Below are positions 19,369 to 27,028 of a stretch of 64,000 nt of DNA, piece by piece; position 1 is the stretch's first letter; every line of letters begins with the position of its first letter. The notes under the pieces are model-generated. The model did no database searches and was not told the DNA's origin. It saw nothing but the letters and a program-made list of their open reading frames with translations. This DNA is from an uncultured Solirubrobacterales bacterium. Its GTDB lineage: Bacteria > Actinomycetota > Thermoleophilia > Solirubrobacterales > Solirubrobacteraceae. Location: the NCBI GenBank assembly GCA_963757275.1, contig CAVWQW010000005.1, positions 1,111,689-1,175,688 on the forward strand, written 5' to 3'. The translations under genes and the position numbers were made by a program.

Positions 19369-19785
19369 ATGAAGGTGACAATGATGCTGGCTGACCACGC
19401 CCAGGCAGCCGAGGGCAAGCTCAATATCATCGGGGGGGGTTGGGGCGTCACCGGGCCGGGGCCGACTCCAAGCGCGATCGGCATCCTGATCGAGGTTCCC
19501 TGGGACAGGACGAATGAGCAGCATCAGGTGCGGCTCGAGCTCGTCGATTCTGACGGCGAGCCGGTAATGGCTGCCGGAACCGATGGCGAGGTGCCGATAG
19601 TGATCGAAATGGGATTCGAAGTGGGACGGCCGCCTGGGCTGAGGCGCGGCACCCCTGTCACCTTGCCGGTCGGCATCAACATGGGGCCACAGCCGCTCCA
19701 GCCCGACAGTCGGTACGAGTGGCGACTGACTCTAAACGGCGAGGGCCACGAGGACTGGCGACTCGCCTTCTCTACGCGATCCTAG
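19369..19785 (+). CDS. conserved hypothetical protein
   Basis: ATG at 19369 (MKVTMMLADHAQAAEGKLNIIGGGWGVTGP...). The compact, non-low-complexity sequence resembles small actinobacterial proteins of unknown function. Lies in the lower-G+C patch. Confidence 0.55.
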   Translation: MKVTMMLADHAQAAEGKLNIIGGGWGVTGPGPTPSAIGILIEVPWDRTNEQHQVRLELVDSDGEPVMAAGTDGEVPIVIEMGFEVGRPPGLRRGTPVTLPVGINMGPQPLQPDSRYEWRLTLNGEGHEDWRLAFSTRS

Positions 19786-20110
19786 GAACAGGCGCGAGCG
19801 CCTCGTTCCGCTGCAGCGGCATGGTGCCGATTGCGTTGGTTGCCCAAGATGAGAAGGTGGTGCCGTCGATGCGGCACCACTGCGCTCCCGTGATCGCGAC
19901 CTCCACCGCGGTGTCCGGCGAGACATCGGCTGCGACGAGCGGCTCGCCGACGGCGAAGCCAAGGCGATTGAAGGCCAATAGCGCGACCTCGTCCTTCGCT
20001 GTGGGGTCATCGCCCAACAACATCTGGAACGCCTTGATCGCCTCCGGACGCGTCTCAAACGCCGCGAGCGCGTTTCCGGCACTGTCCATGAGCATGAAAT
20101 CCATCGTCAC
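19772..20110 (-). CDS. hypothetical protein (second gene of a two-gene cassette)
   Basis: 112-aa ORF that starts 5 nt after the stop of the 20115-20519 ORF. Balanced amino-acid composition. No recognisable motif. Confidence 0.35.
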   Translation of the reverse strand: MTMDFMLMDSAGNALAAFETRPEAIKAFQMLLGDDPTAKDEVALLAFNRLGFAVGEPLVAADVSPDTAVEVAITGAQWCRIDGTTFSSWATNAIGTMPLQRNEALAPVPRIA

Positions 20111-20114
20111 TCCC

Positions 20115-20519
20115 CTAGTCGCTTGCTAGGACGATATCGGTCGTAGCTTCCGCGAGCATAAGGGCGTCACCCCAAAGAGACAAGTGCCCCTTGGAACCCC
20201 AGCGTGCAATACACAGGCCACGCCCGGGCGGCAGTCGGACAGTGGCGATGAAGTTCCCGATGCTGTACCGCCGAGCGAGCGACGCCGCCTGATACCGACG
20301 TTCGAAGACTGACACCGCCCGATGGATGAGCACGAACTCGGCTTCTGGGCTGCGAGGTCGCGGCGCACTGCCGAGTTCGTGGCTAGAGCGGAACGACTGC
20401 ACGAACGCGGCTTCGCTGCGCTGGTCGGTCGCGACAACGCGATAGACGGTGAGCCCGGCCGGAGGGACCGGCCTTACGCGGAGTTCGGTAGGGCCGCTTG
20501 TCCGGCGCGCCTCGGCCAC
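20115..20519 (-). CDS. hypothetical protein (first gene of a two-gene cassette)
   Basis: 134-aa ORF with balanced composition and a C-terminal GHLSLWGD motif. I cannot name a family for it. Confidence 0.4.
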   Translation of the reverse strand: MAEARRTSGPTELRVRPVPPAGLTVYRVVATDQRSEAAFVQSFRSSHELGSAPRPRSPEAEFVLIHRAVSVFERRYQAASLARRYSIGNFIATVRLPPGRGLCIARWGSKGHLSLWGDALMLAEATTDIVLASD

Positions 20520-20801
20520 GCCTAGACTGTAGTGAGCAGATTGGACGGCGGGGCACTGGTGGGTCGACGTACGGGCATCCGGCCGAGGACAGCGCCCGCG
20601 AGCGGCTCAAGCAAGCCTACAGCGCGAACGTGGCGCCGCTGCGGAAGGCTCGTGGTGGGAGGCAGATGGGAGACACGGGATCGTGAGTGCCCCGCTTCTG
20701 CTGGAGATTTCGCAGCAGACGGACCAATCGTGCCCACGTTTGGTCGCACCGAGCCCGGCGGGGTCGCTGGTCACGACCACGCCGTCGCCTATCCTGAGGG
20801 C

Positions 20802-21059
20802 ATGCCTGATCGACGCGAAATCGAGTTCGTCTTCGAGCCGCAGGAGGAAGGCGGCTACTACGTGTACGCCCCGGATCTGCCGGGCCTGCATACACAAGGC
20901 GAGAACCTCGATGACGCGACTGTGAGCGCGCGAGAGGCGTTGGCGCTCTACGTCGAAGGGCTGCGCGAGGATGGCCGCGGCGTCGAGACCGGCGTTGTTC
21001 GCGCGTGCTCGCGATTCCCGCGTGACGAGGGCCTGCCGGTCGTTCCGGTGCGGAGTTGA
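20802..21059 (+). CDS. hicB: HicB family antitoxin
   Basis: ATG preceded by GAGGG. EIEFVFEPQEEGGYYVYAPDLPGLHTQGENLDDATVSAREALALYVEGLREDG matches the HicB/UPF0150 N-terminal fold signature. Confidence 0.7.
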   Translation: MPDRREIEFVFEPQEEGGYYVYAPDLPGLHTQGENLDDATVSAREALALYVEGLREDGRGVETGVVRACSRFPRDEGLPVVPVRS

Positions 21060-21272
21060 TCAGGGCACTCGAGCGGGTCGGTTGGCAGCAGGTCCGCCAG
21101 CGCGGCAGCCACGTTCGCCTCAAGCAACCCCGGCCGGTCCCAGTTCTTGGTCGTCCCGCTGCGTCGCGAGCTCAAGCGGGCCACCCTCGAGGGCATCCTC
21201 CCAGACGCCGCAATCGGTCGCGACGAGTTGCGCCGGCGTCTGTCACGCGAGGGACGCACCCAGGCTGGGTGA
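21056..21272 (+). pseudogene. hicA: HicA family mRNA interferase toxin, inactivated by a 1-nt frameshift
   Basis: The TTG start overlaps the hicB stop. (L)IRALERVGWQQVRQRGSHVRLKQP is HicA-like. After the C-run at 21128-21131 the HicA-like sequence continues only in the +1 frame (GRSQFLVVPLRRELKRATLEGILPDAAIGRDELRRRL, stop 21270-21272). Confidence 0.6.
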
Positions 21273-21717
21273 CGATGCGGGAGCACGACGGCACGATCAG
21301 GCGCAGGTGCTGGGAATTCGCAGCTGGGGAACCAAACCGTCTCCATGCTGGCCGGGAGGTCGCCCGACCTGGGCGGCGTCCGAGCAGCGAGCGGTACCAT
21401 GGCGCTCATCCCGACCCAGGCCCAGATCGACTTTTTCGTGCGTTGGAGCCAGGCCGCGCGCCGGGAGGACCGCGTCGTCGACGCGTCACTCTCGATGGAG
21501 CAGCGCCTCGACGAGGCGGCTCGACTAGAGCGTGCTCGCGAGCGAGTTGCGGGACGCGGCGGCGCGGTCGTCCGGCGCCGATGTTCGATCCGCGTGAGCT
21601 AGCAACTGCCCTTCACGCGGGCGAGGCTCGACTACGTCATCAGCGGCGGATTGGCCGTCGCGGCGCAGCAACACGACCAGGGTGGAAGAGGATCGCGATC
21701 AGAGGTGGGCTTGGGAT

Positions 21718-22158
21718 ATGACGATTCAGCGGATGGACAATGTGGGCATTGTCGTCGACGACCTACCGGCGACGATCGAATTCTTTCGCGAGCTCGGCCT
21801 CGAACTCGAAGGACAGGGCACGGTTGAAGGCGAGTGGGCCGGGCGCGTCACTGGACTGGGCGACCAGCGCGTCGAGATCGCCATGATGCGCACTCCGGAC
21901 GGCCATAGCCGGCTTGAGCTCTCGAGATTTCTCGAGCCGCCTGTGGTCGCTGATCACCGAAACGCCCCGGTGAACGCTCTGGGCTACCTACGCGTCATGT
22001 TCACTTTGGACGACATCGACGAAACGCTCGCCCGGCTCTACAAGCACGGCGCGCAGCTTGTCAGCAGCGAGCTGGTCAGGTACAAGGACGTCTATCGGCT
22101 CTGCTACATCCGGGGACCGGGCGGACTCCTCATCGGGCTTGCCGAAGAACTCGGCTGA
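21718..22158 (+). CDS. VOC family protein (glyoxalase/bleomycin-resistance/dioxygenase fold)
   Basis: MTIQRMDNVGIVVDDLPATIEFFRELGLELEG ... typical VOC beta-alpha-beta-beta-beta modules. Confidence 0.8.
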   Translation: MTIQRMDNVGIVVDDLPATIEFFRELGLELEGQGTVEGEWAGRVTGLGDQRVEIAMMRTPDGHSRLELSRFLEPPVVADHRNAPVNALGYLRVMFTLDDIDETLARLYKHGAQLVSSELVRYKDVYRLCYIRGPGGLLIGLAEELG

Positions 22159-22248
22159 GCGTCGGCAGGAAACCCCGACGATCGACATCTCCCTCTGCGC
22201 TTGCCCGTTGACCGCTGCGTCGGCGGACCTGCGAGGATCCAAGTCACG

Positions 22249-22650
22249 ATGACCGATACGACCCCCCTCATCACCGGTGTGGACTTCGTCTGCATCCCGG
22301 CCCAGGACTTCGACGCGATGACCGCGTTCTACGGAGAGACGCTCGGCCTCCCGTTCGTCAAGCGCTACGGCAGCCGACCCGGTGCCGAGTATCAGGCCGG
22401 CAACGTCACGCTGGCCGTCATGCGCACCGAGAGCTTCGGCGGGAAGTTCTCGCCCAATGCAATGCCGATCGCTCTGCAGGTCGACGACGTGGCCGCCGCG
22501 CGGGAGCAGCTCGAGGCGAAGGGCGTGCGTTTCGTCAGCGACACATTCGACTCCGGCGTCTGCTGGCAGGCGATCTGCCTGGACCCCGACGGCAACCCTC
22601 TGTCCCTGCACCATCGCTACGCGCCGACGGACGAACGCCCCGCCGCGTAG
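22249..22650 (+). CDS. VOC family protein (glyoxalase-like)
   Basis: ITGVDFVCIPAQDFDAMTAFYGETLGLPF ... IALQVDDVAAAREQLEAKGVRF ... DPDGNPLSLH. Confidence 0.8.
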   Translation: MTDTTPLITGVDFVCIPAQDFDAMTAFYGETLGLPFVKRYGSRPGAEYQAGNVTLAVMRTESFGGKFSPNAMPIALQVDDVAAAREQLEAKGVRFVSDTFDSGVCWQAICLDPDGNPLSLHHRYAPTDERPAA

Positions 22651-22660
22651 TAGCCGGGCA

Positions 22661-22903
22661 CGCGTGTTCGAGTTGTGGGCCGAGGCCGTCCGGGCCGGTC
22701 GCGCGGTCAGACGCCGCAAGCGCCGCGATGATCGCCGAGGAATCCTGGTGAGCCCGCCGCTGCCGGGGAGGTCTGGTGTGCCGCGTCTTTCGACAACCTG
22801 CAGCCGATCAACCGGCACTTGCTGACCCGGCGGATCGCGACGCTCAACCCGGCCCGGCGTCACGAAATTCTGCAATGCGCTGGCTGCGCTCGCCGATTGC
22901 TGA
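22661..22903 (+). pseudogene. possible MazF/PemK-type toxin remnant (frameshifted and internally deleted)
   Basis: The frame-1 segment VWCAASFDNLQPINRHLLTRRIATLNPARRHEI, plus the shifted tail NALAALADC-stop, resembles MazF/PemK C-termini. The upstream segment RRGILVSPP is in yet another frame. Too short for an intact toxin. Weak call. Confidence 0.3.
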
Positions 22904-22937
22904 CGGGTGACAGACAAACCCGCCGCCACGCGGGGCG

Positions 22938-24500
22938 TCAGCGCCGCCGGGCACCGACCGCAGGGCGCCGGGGGAGCCCGGTCAGACCGAGCCGGCTCTC
23001 GGCGAGGGCGACGCTCGCCGCCGCGTGCCCGCAGACGCCGTGGGCCGCACCCCCGGGAAACGTCGCCGCCCCGGTCAGGTAGAGCCCGCGAATCGGCGTC
23101 CGATACGGGCTCAGCGACGGGAGCGGACGGAAGATGACCTGGTCAAGGGTGTAGCTGCCGCCGCCGACGTCCCCGCCCACGAGGTTCGCGTTGCGCCGCT
23201 CGAGATCGCCCGGGCCGAGCACGTGGCGGGCGAGGATCCGGTCGCGGAAGCCCGGCGCGAAGCGCTCGACCTGCGCTTCGATCCGCTCGACGTGGGGATC
23301 TCGCTCGGCCTTCCAGTCGACCGCCTGCGGGCCGTGGGTATAGGCCCAGGCCGTGTGCTTGCCGGCCGGCGCCCGCGACCGGTCGGCGAGCGACTGCTGC
23401 CCGAGCAGCAGGAACGGCCGCTCCGGCAGGCCGCTGGCGGTGATCGACGTCGTCTCGAGAATCTCGGTCGCGTCGCCGCCGACGTGGACGGTTCCGGCCT
23501 CCCGGGCGATCGGCGAGACCCACGGGATCGGCCCGTCGAGCGCCCAATCGACCTTCAGCGTCGCCGGCCCGTACCGGTAGCGGCCGAGGCCCGCGGCGTA
23601 GCGGCCGCGCAGCTCGTCGCCGGTCATCCGCAGGAGGGCGTGGGGCATCACGTTGGCGATCACCTGTCGTCCCGAGATCCGCTCGCCGCCGGCCAGCTCG
23701 ACGCCGACGACCCGCCCCCGCTCGGAGGCGATCCGAGCGACGCGCGCACCCGTTCGCAGCGCCCCGCCGAGCTCCTCGAGGTAGCCGATCAGCGCCCCGG
23801 CGAGGTTCCCAGCCCCCCCGGCCGGGCTCGGCCAGCCCGCGCCGTGGCCGAGGATGCTCAGGTATGCCGCTGCGATCCCGCTGCCACTCGCGCTCGGCGG
23901 GACATCGGAGTGCAGCGCCGCCCCGAGCAGCCACCCCCGGGGTCCGCCACCCCGGAAGAGCTCCCGGGCGAGGGCTTCGGCAGGCATCAACAGCAGGCGG
24001 ACGAAGTCGACCATGCCCCATACGCCGATCCCGGCCAGCAGGCGAGCCGGCCCCGTAACCGGCGGGAAGCCGGCGAGCATCGTCCGGCGGAGGGCGTCGA
24101 AGCTCTCGACGTAGGGCGACGCGAACGCCCGCCACCGATCGCCGTCGCCCGGGCAGAGGGCGTCGATGCTCGCCGCGGTCGCATCGATCTCCCGGTAGAG
24201 ACCGACCGCCGCGCCGTCGGGGGAGACCGGATGCGCGAAGCAGACCCCCGGATGGATCCAGCTCAGACCGTGGCGCTCGAGCGGCATCGCCGCGTAGACG
24301 GGGGAAGCCGCGGCCGCCGGATAGACCGACGAGAAGGTGTCGTGGCGGAAGCCCGGCAGGGTCAGCTCCTCGGTCATCACCGCGCCCCCCGGCCGGCCAG
24401 CCGCCTCGAGCACGAGGACACGCCGGCCGGCCTGCGCCAGACGGATCGCCGCGGTCAGCCCGTTCGGCCCTGACCCGACGACCAGCGCGTCGTAGCTCAT
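22938..24500 (-). CDS. phytoene desaturase family (CrtI-like) NAD(P)/FAD-dependent oxidoreductase
   Basis: MSYDALVVGSGPNGLTAAIRLAQAGRRVLVLEA (dinucleotide-binding fold) and the C-terminal YLTGAATFPGGAAHG motif. The ATG overlaps the upstream stop (ATGA at 24497-24500). Confidence 0.85.
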   Translation of the reverse strand: MSYDALVVGSGPNGLTAAIRLAQAGRRVLVLEAAGRPGGAVMTEELTLPGFRHDTFSSVYPAAAASPVYAAMPLERHGLSWIHPGVCFAHPVSPDGAAVGLYREIDATAASIDALCPGDGDRWRAFASPYVESFDALRRTMLAGFPPVTGPARLLAGIGVWGMVDFVRLLLMPAEALARELFRGGGPRGWLLGAALHSDVPPSASGSGIAAAYLSILGHGAGWPSPAGGAGNLAGALIGYLEELGGALRTGARVARIASERGRVVGVELAGGERISGRQVIANVMPHALLRMTGDELRGRYAAGLGRYRYGPATLKVDWALDGPIPWVSPIAREAGTVHVGGDATEILETTSITASGLPERPFLLLGQQSLADRSRAPAGKHTAWAYTHGPQAVDWKAERDPHVERIEAQVERFAPGFRDRILARHVLGPGDLERRNANLVGGDVGGGSYTLDQVIFRPLPSLSPYRTPIRGLYLTGAATFPGGAAHGVCGHAAASVALAESRLGLTGLPRRPAVGARRR

Positions 24501-25612
24501 CCGGCGACGCCGGCGGCAAGCTGGTGGAGCATGCTCCGCTCGACGATCGCCCCTTCGCCCCAGAACGCCCGCTGGGCCTCCCGGCCGGCGAGCTCGTAGG
24601 CGGTGGCCGCGTGCCACGGCATCGGGTCCCACGTTCCCGCAGCCCGCAGGTAGTCACGCCCGTCATGGCGGAACGCGATCAGCCGATTTCTTCCGTGCCC
24701 CATGAAGTGCCCCTTGTGGGTCGTCAGGTCGAAGCCCAGGAGGGACTCTCCTCCCTCGGGCACCGCCCGCGGCTCGTCGCGGCCGAAGCGGGCAAGGCCG
24801 TCCTCGAGCTCGTCGAAGTACTCGCGCAGCGCCGGCCCGTCGTCCCGCGTGACGAGGCGCGTGATCGTGACGTAGCCCCGCTGGAAGACCGGACGTCCCG
24901 ACTCTGTCCCGGCGGCCACCTCGATCTCGAAGGTCTGGCCGAGGAGCGGCGAATCCCGGAGAGCGGTGAAGCGGCCGACGGCCGTCCCGTAGTCGGGCCA
25001 CGTCTCAGTCGCCAGGAGGACCTCCGCCACCCGGTCGGCTGACGGGACCTCGACCGGCGAGTACGTATGCCAGTTCTGGGCGGCGTCCGGCGGGCCCGGC
25101 GGGGTCAGCTCCTCGACACGGGCCAGCTCGAGTCGCCGCTCGGGGCGGAATGCCGCCTTGGCCTCCGCCGTGCGGAAGGCGATTCCCCAGCCCCGGCGCT
25201 CGTCATCGGCGTAGGCCTCCGGGAACCAGTCGCCGAGCAGCTGACTCGCTCCGTCGAGCAGCTCGTCTCGGCTGAGCGTCCCCCGTCGGGAATCCACTTC
25301 CCGCAAGCGCCGCCGGCCGAACGCCCGGTGGAAGGGCAGGACGTCGGCCGCGTGCAGCTTGCGCCGATCCTTCTCCGCCCAGTAGGTAGTGACCACGGCA
25401 AAGGCCACGCGCAGGTCGTCGAGGTCCCGGGCGTCGGGCGCCCGGCGGTAGTACGCGGCATTCAGGAAATCGGTCACCCAGCCCGCCGCGTCCGCGCCGG
25501 CGATCGACGAACCCGCCAGCCGCGCGAAACTCGCCTGCTCGGTGCTGATCGCCCGGCCGAGCACGACACCCGTCCCCAGAGCCACCGCAAGTCCGACTCT
25601 GCTTCCCGACAT
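24497..25612 (-). CDS. hypothetical protein, translationally coupled to the CrtI-like oxidoreductase
   Basis: 371-aa ORF with an N-terminal hydrophobic segment and non-repetitive composition. No motif I can name. Confidence 0.6.
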   Translation of the reverse strand: MSGSRVGLAVALGTGVVLGRAISTEQASFARLAGSSIAGADAAGWVTDFLNAAYYRRAPDARDLDDLRVAFAVVTTYWAEKDRRKLHAADVLPFHRAFGRRRLREVDSRRGTLSRDELLDGASQLLGDWFPEAYADDERRGWGIAFRTAEAKAAFRPERRLELARVEELTPPGPPDAAQNWHTYSPVEVPSADRVAEVLLATETWPDYGTAVGRFTALRDSPLLGQTFEIEVAAGTESGRPVFQRGYVTITRLVTRDDGPALREYFDELEDGLARFGRDEPRAVPEGGESLLGFDLTTHKGHFMGHGRNRLIAFRHDGRDYLRAAGTWDPMPWHAATAYELAGREAQRAFWGEGAIVERSMLHQLAAGVAG

Positions 25613-25915
25613 CGTGTCCTCCCTGCCTCGTGCGTGCGGCCCGTAACACCACGGTCACACCTAGCGCCGTAGGCTGTCAAGTCTACTCGTTCGACACGAT
25701 TTGCCTAGACCGATCCGGCGACGTGCTCGCGGACGAGTTTCGCGCTCGTAGCGACCTCACCCATTCGCATGTCACTGCCAGGTGCTACAACTGTGGTGAG
25801 TCCCATCCTCTCGTCGCGACACGGATCAGATCGGACCGATCCACAGAAGGACGCGTGTCTTGTGGACTGCCACCCAGATGGTGACGATCACACCACGAGA
25901 CGAACGGGAAAACGC

Positions 25916-26452
25916 ATGAGACGGCTCATCCTCACACTCACTTCAACGCTGTGCCTGCTCTGCACCGCGACCGTGTCCGCCGCGGTCACCGGTCACGACT
26001 CCTACCCCGGACCGCTCGCCCATTCGGCGCAGAACCCGCTCGCTGCTCCCCTCGCCGCCAACACGATCACCCCCCAGAACTACGCGAGGTTCGGTCCTGG
26101 ATCCAACGGTCAGTACTGGGCGGTGCTCCGTGCCCTTCAGTACTGGAACGCCAGCTACTCCCCGTGCAACCAGGACGTGACGATCACATGGTGGCCGCTG
26201 GATCCGTCGATCAATGCGGACACAACCTGGACCAACCCAGTGAGTGCGTACGGGGCTCCGTGGGCCAACTACCACTGCATCACGGTCTTCAACTACAACA
26301 TCAACTTCGACTGGCCGATGTACTGCACCGTCATGGTCCACGAGATCGGTCACCTCTACGGGTTCCAGCACTCGCCCGATCCCAACAACGTGATGTATTA
26401 CGCCTACGTCAAGCCGGTCCCATCCTGCGTCCTGACACCACCGGGCGTCTGA
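25916..26452 (+). CDS. secreted metzincin-type zinc metalloprotease (matrixin-like)
   Basis: Signal peptide MRRLILTLTSTLCLLCTATVSAA. Extended zinc motif HEIGHLYGFQH followed by NNVMYY (Met-turn). Lower-G+C context. Confidence 0.75.
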   Translation: MRRLILTLTSTLCLLCTATVSAAVTGHDSYPGPLAHSAQNPLAAPLAANTITPQNYARFGPGSNGQYWAVLRALQYWNASYSPCNQDVTITWWPLDPSINADTTWTNPVSAYGAPWANYHCITVFNYNINFDWPMYCTVMVHEIGHLYGFQHSPDPNNVMYYAYVKPVPSCVLTPPGV

Positions 26453-26469
26453 GAAACCATGAGCTGGCC

Positions 26470-26784
26470 TCAGGACCGCGCGGGCGCCTTGCGGCGCCAC
26501 GCGTGGTCGAGCAGATCCTCGAGCAGGTCGGCGTCCGCCAGGTCGAGGTCGACCTGCACGGCCGCCAGCCGCCGACCCCAGAGGAACTCCCGGCAGGCCT
26601 CCGGCCGCGTCTCGGCGGCCGCGCGGATCCGCTCCTCGCCTGCCATCACGTTCATCGCCCGGTCGGTCCACAGCGTCGCGAAGATCCGTCCGGACACGCG
26701 GAACGACGCACGACCGTGGTGGTCCTGCTCGGTTGCCCCCGGCATTCCCAGCGCGAGCGCCCGAGCCTCGTCGGTCGTGAGCAC
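26470..26784 (-). CDS. MmcQ/YjbR family DNA-binding protein
   Basis: ALALGMPGATEQDHHGRASFRVSGRIFATL is typical of the YjbR/MmcQ fold family. GTG start. Confidence 0.7.
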   Translation of the reverse strand: MLTTDEARALALGMPGATEQDHHGRASFRVSGRIFATLWTDRAMNVMAGEERIRAAAETRPEACREFLWGRRLAAVQVDLDLADADLLEDLLDHAWRRKAPARS

Positions 26785-26793
26785 GACGCCAAG

Positions 26794-26836
26794 GCTACGC
26801 CCTTGCTACGCCCTTGCTACGCCTCGCTACGCCCTG
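26794..26836. repeat. 11-nt tandem repeat (about 4 copies) filling the ferredoxin/MmcQ intergenic gap and containing the ferredoxin stop
   Basis: GCTACGCCCTT, GCTACGCCCTT, GCTACGCCTC, GCTACGCCCTG. On the minus strand each unit reads ..GGCGTAGC.. and so contains TAG. Confidence 0.9.
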
Positions 26837-27024
26837 CGGACGAGCGCGAGCGCCAGCGTCGGACACGCATCTGCCGCCCGCCGGGCGAGTGCCTCCAGCT
26901 CGCGGGGGACCGGCTGCCCATCTATCATCGGATAGCCCCACTCGTCGAGCGAGATCCGCTCGGGCAGCAGCTCGGCGCACAGGCCGTGGGCCTTGCACGC
27001 GATCGGATCGACCCGGAGCTCCAC
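26827..27024 (-). CDS. small ferredoxin
   Basis: A GTG at 27022-27024 lies 4 nt after the upstream stop. (V)ELRVDPIACKAHGLCAELLPERISLDEWGYP ... ACPTLAL is the pattern of single-cluster actinobacterial ferredoxins. The longer ORF to 27117 overlaps the NuoF-like gene. Confidence 0.7.
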   Translation of the reverse strand: MELRVDPIACKAHGLCAELLPERISLDEWGYPMIDGQPVPRELEALARRAADACPTLALALVRRA

Positions 27025-27028
27025 GGCT

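Larger units (their letters stand above)
18179..22903. mobile_element. putative degraded integrated element or genomic islet at the ssrA 3' end
   Basis: Starts right after tmRNA. G+C is visibly lower: by hand count 34/60 at 20101-20160 versus 48/60 at 27181-27240. Contents are a Rep pseudogene, hicBA with a broken toxin, a possible MazF remnant and orphan ORFs. No integrase and no att direct repeat were found, so the right boundary is uncertain. Confidence 0.45.

Noticed and set aside
21335-21345. An 11-nt match (AACCGTCTCCA) to the tmRNA 3' end (..CACCGTCTCCA..), considered as a possible attR.
   Set aside because: It is too short, lacks the adjacent T-arm sequence (GGTTCGATTCCC), and lies in the middle of the islet rather than at a compositional boundary. 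Most likely chance. A proper search needs a computed alignment.
21345-21717. An ORF at 21345-21602 (MALIPTQAQIDFFVRWSQAARRED...), followed by a segment ELATALHAGEARLDYVISGGLAVAAQ that is reminiscent of nucleotidyltransferase (MNT/AbiEii-like) N-termini.
   Set aside because: The similarity is a few residues long and needs a frameshift, and the putative gene would be cut off by the VOC gene at 21718. It may be another fossil in the islet, but I cannot support a call.
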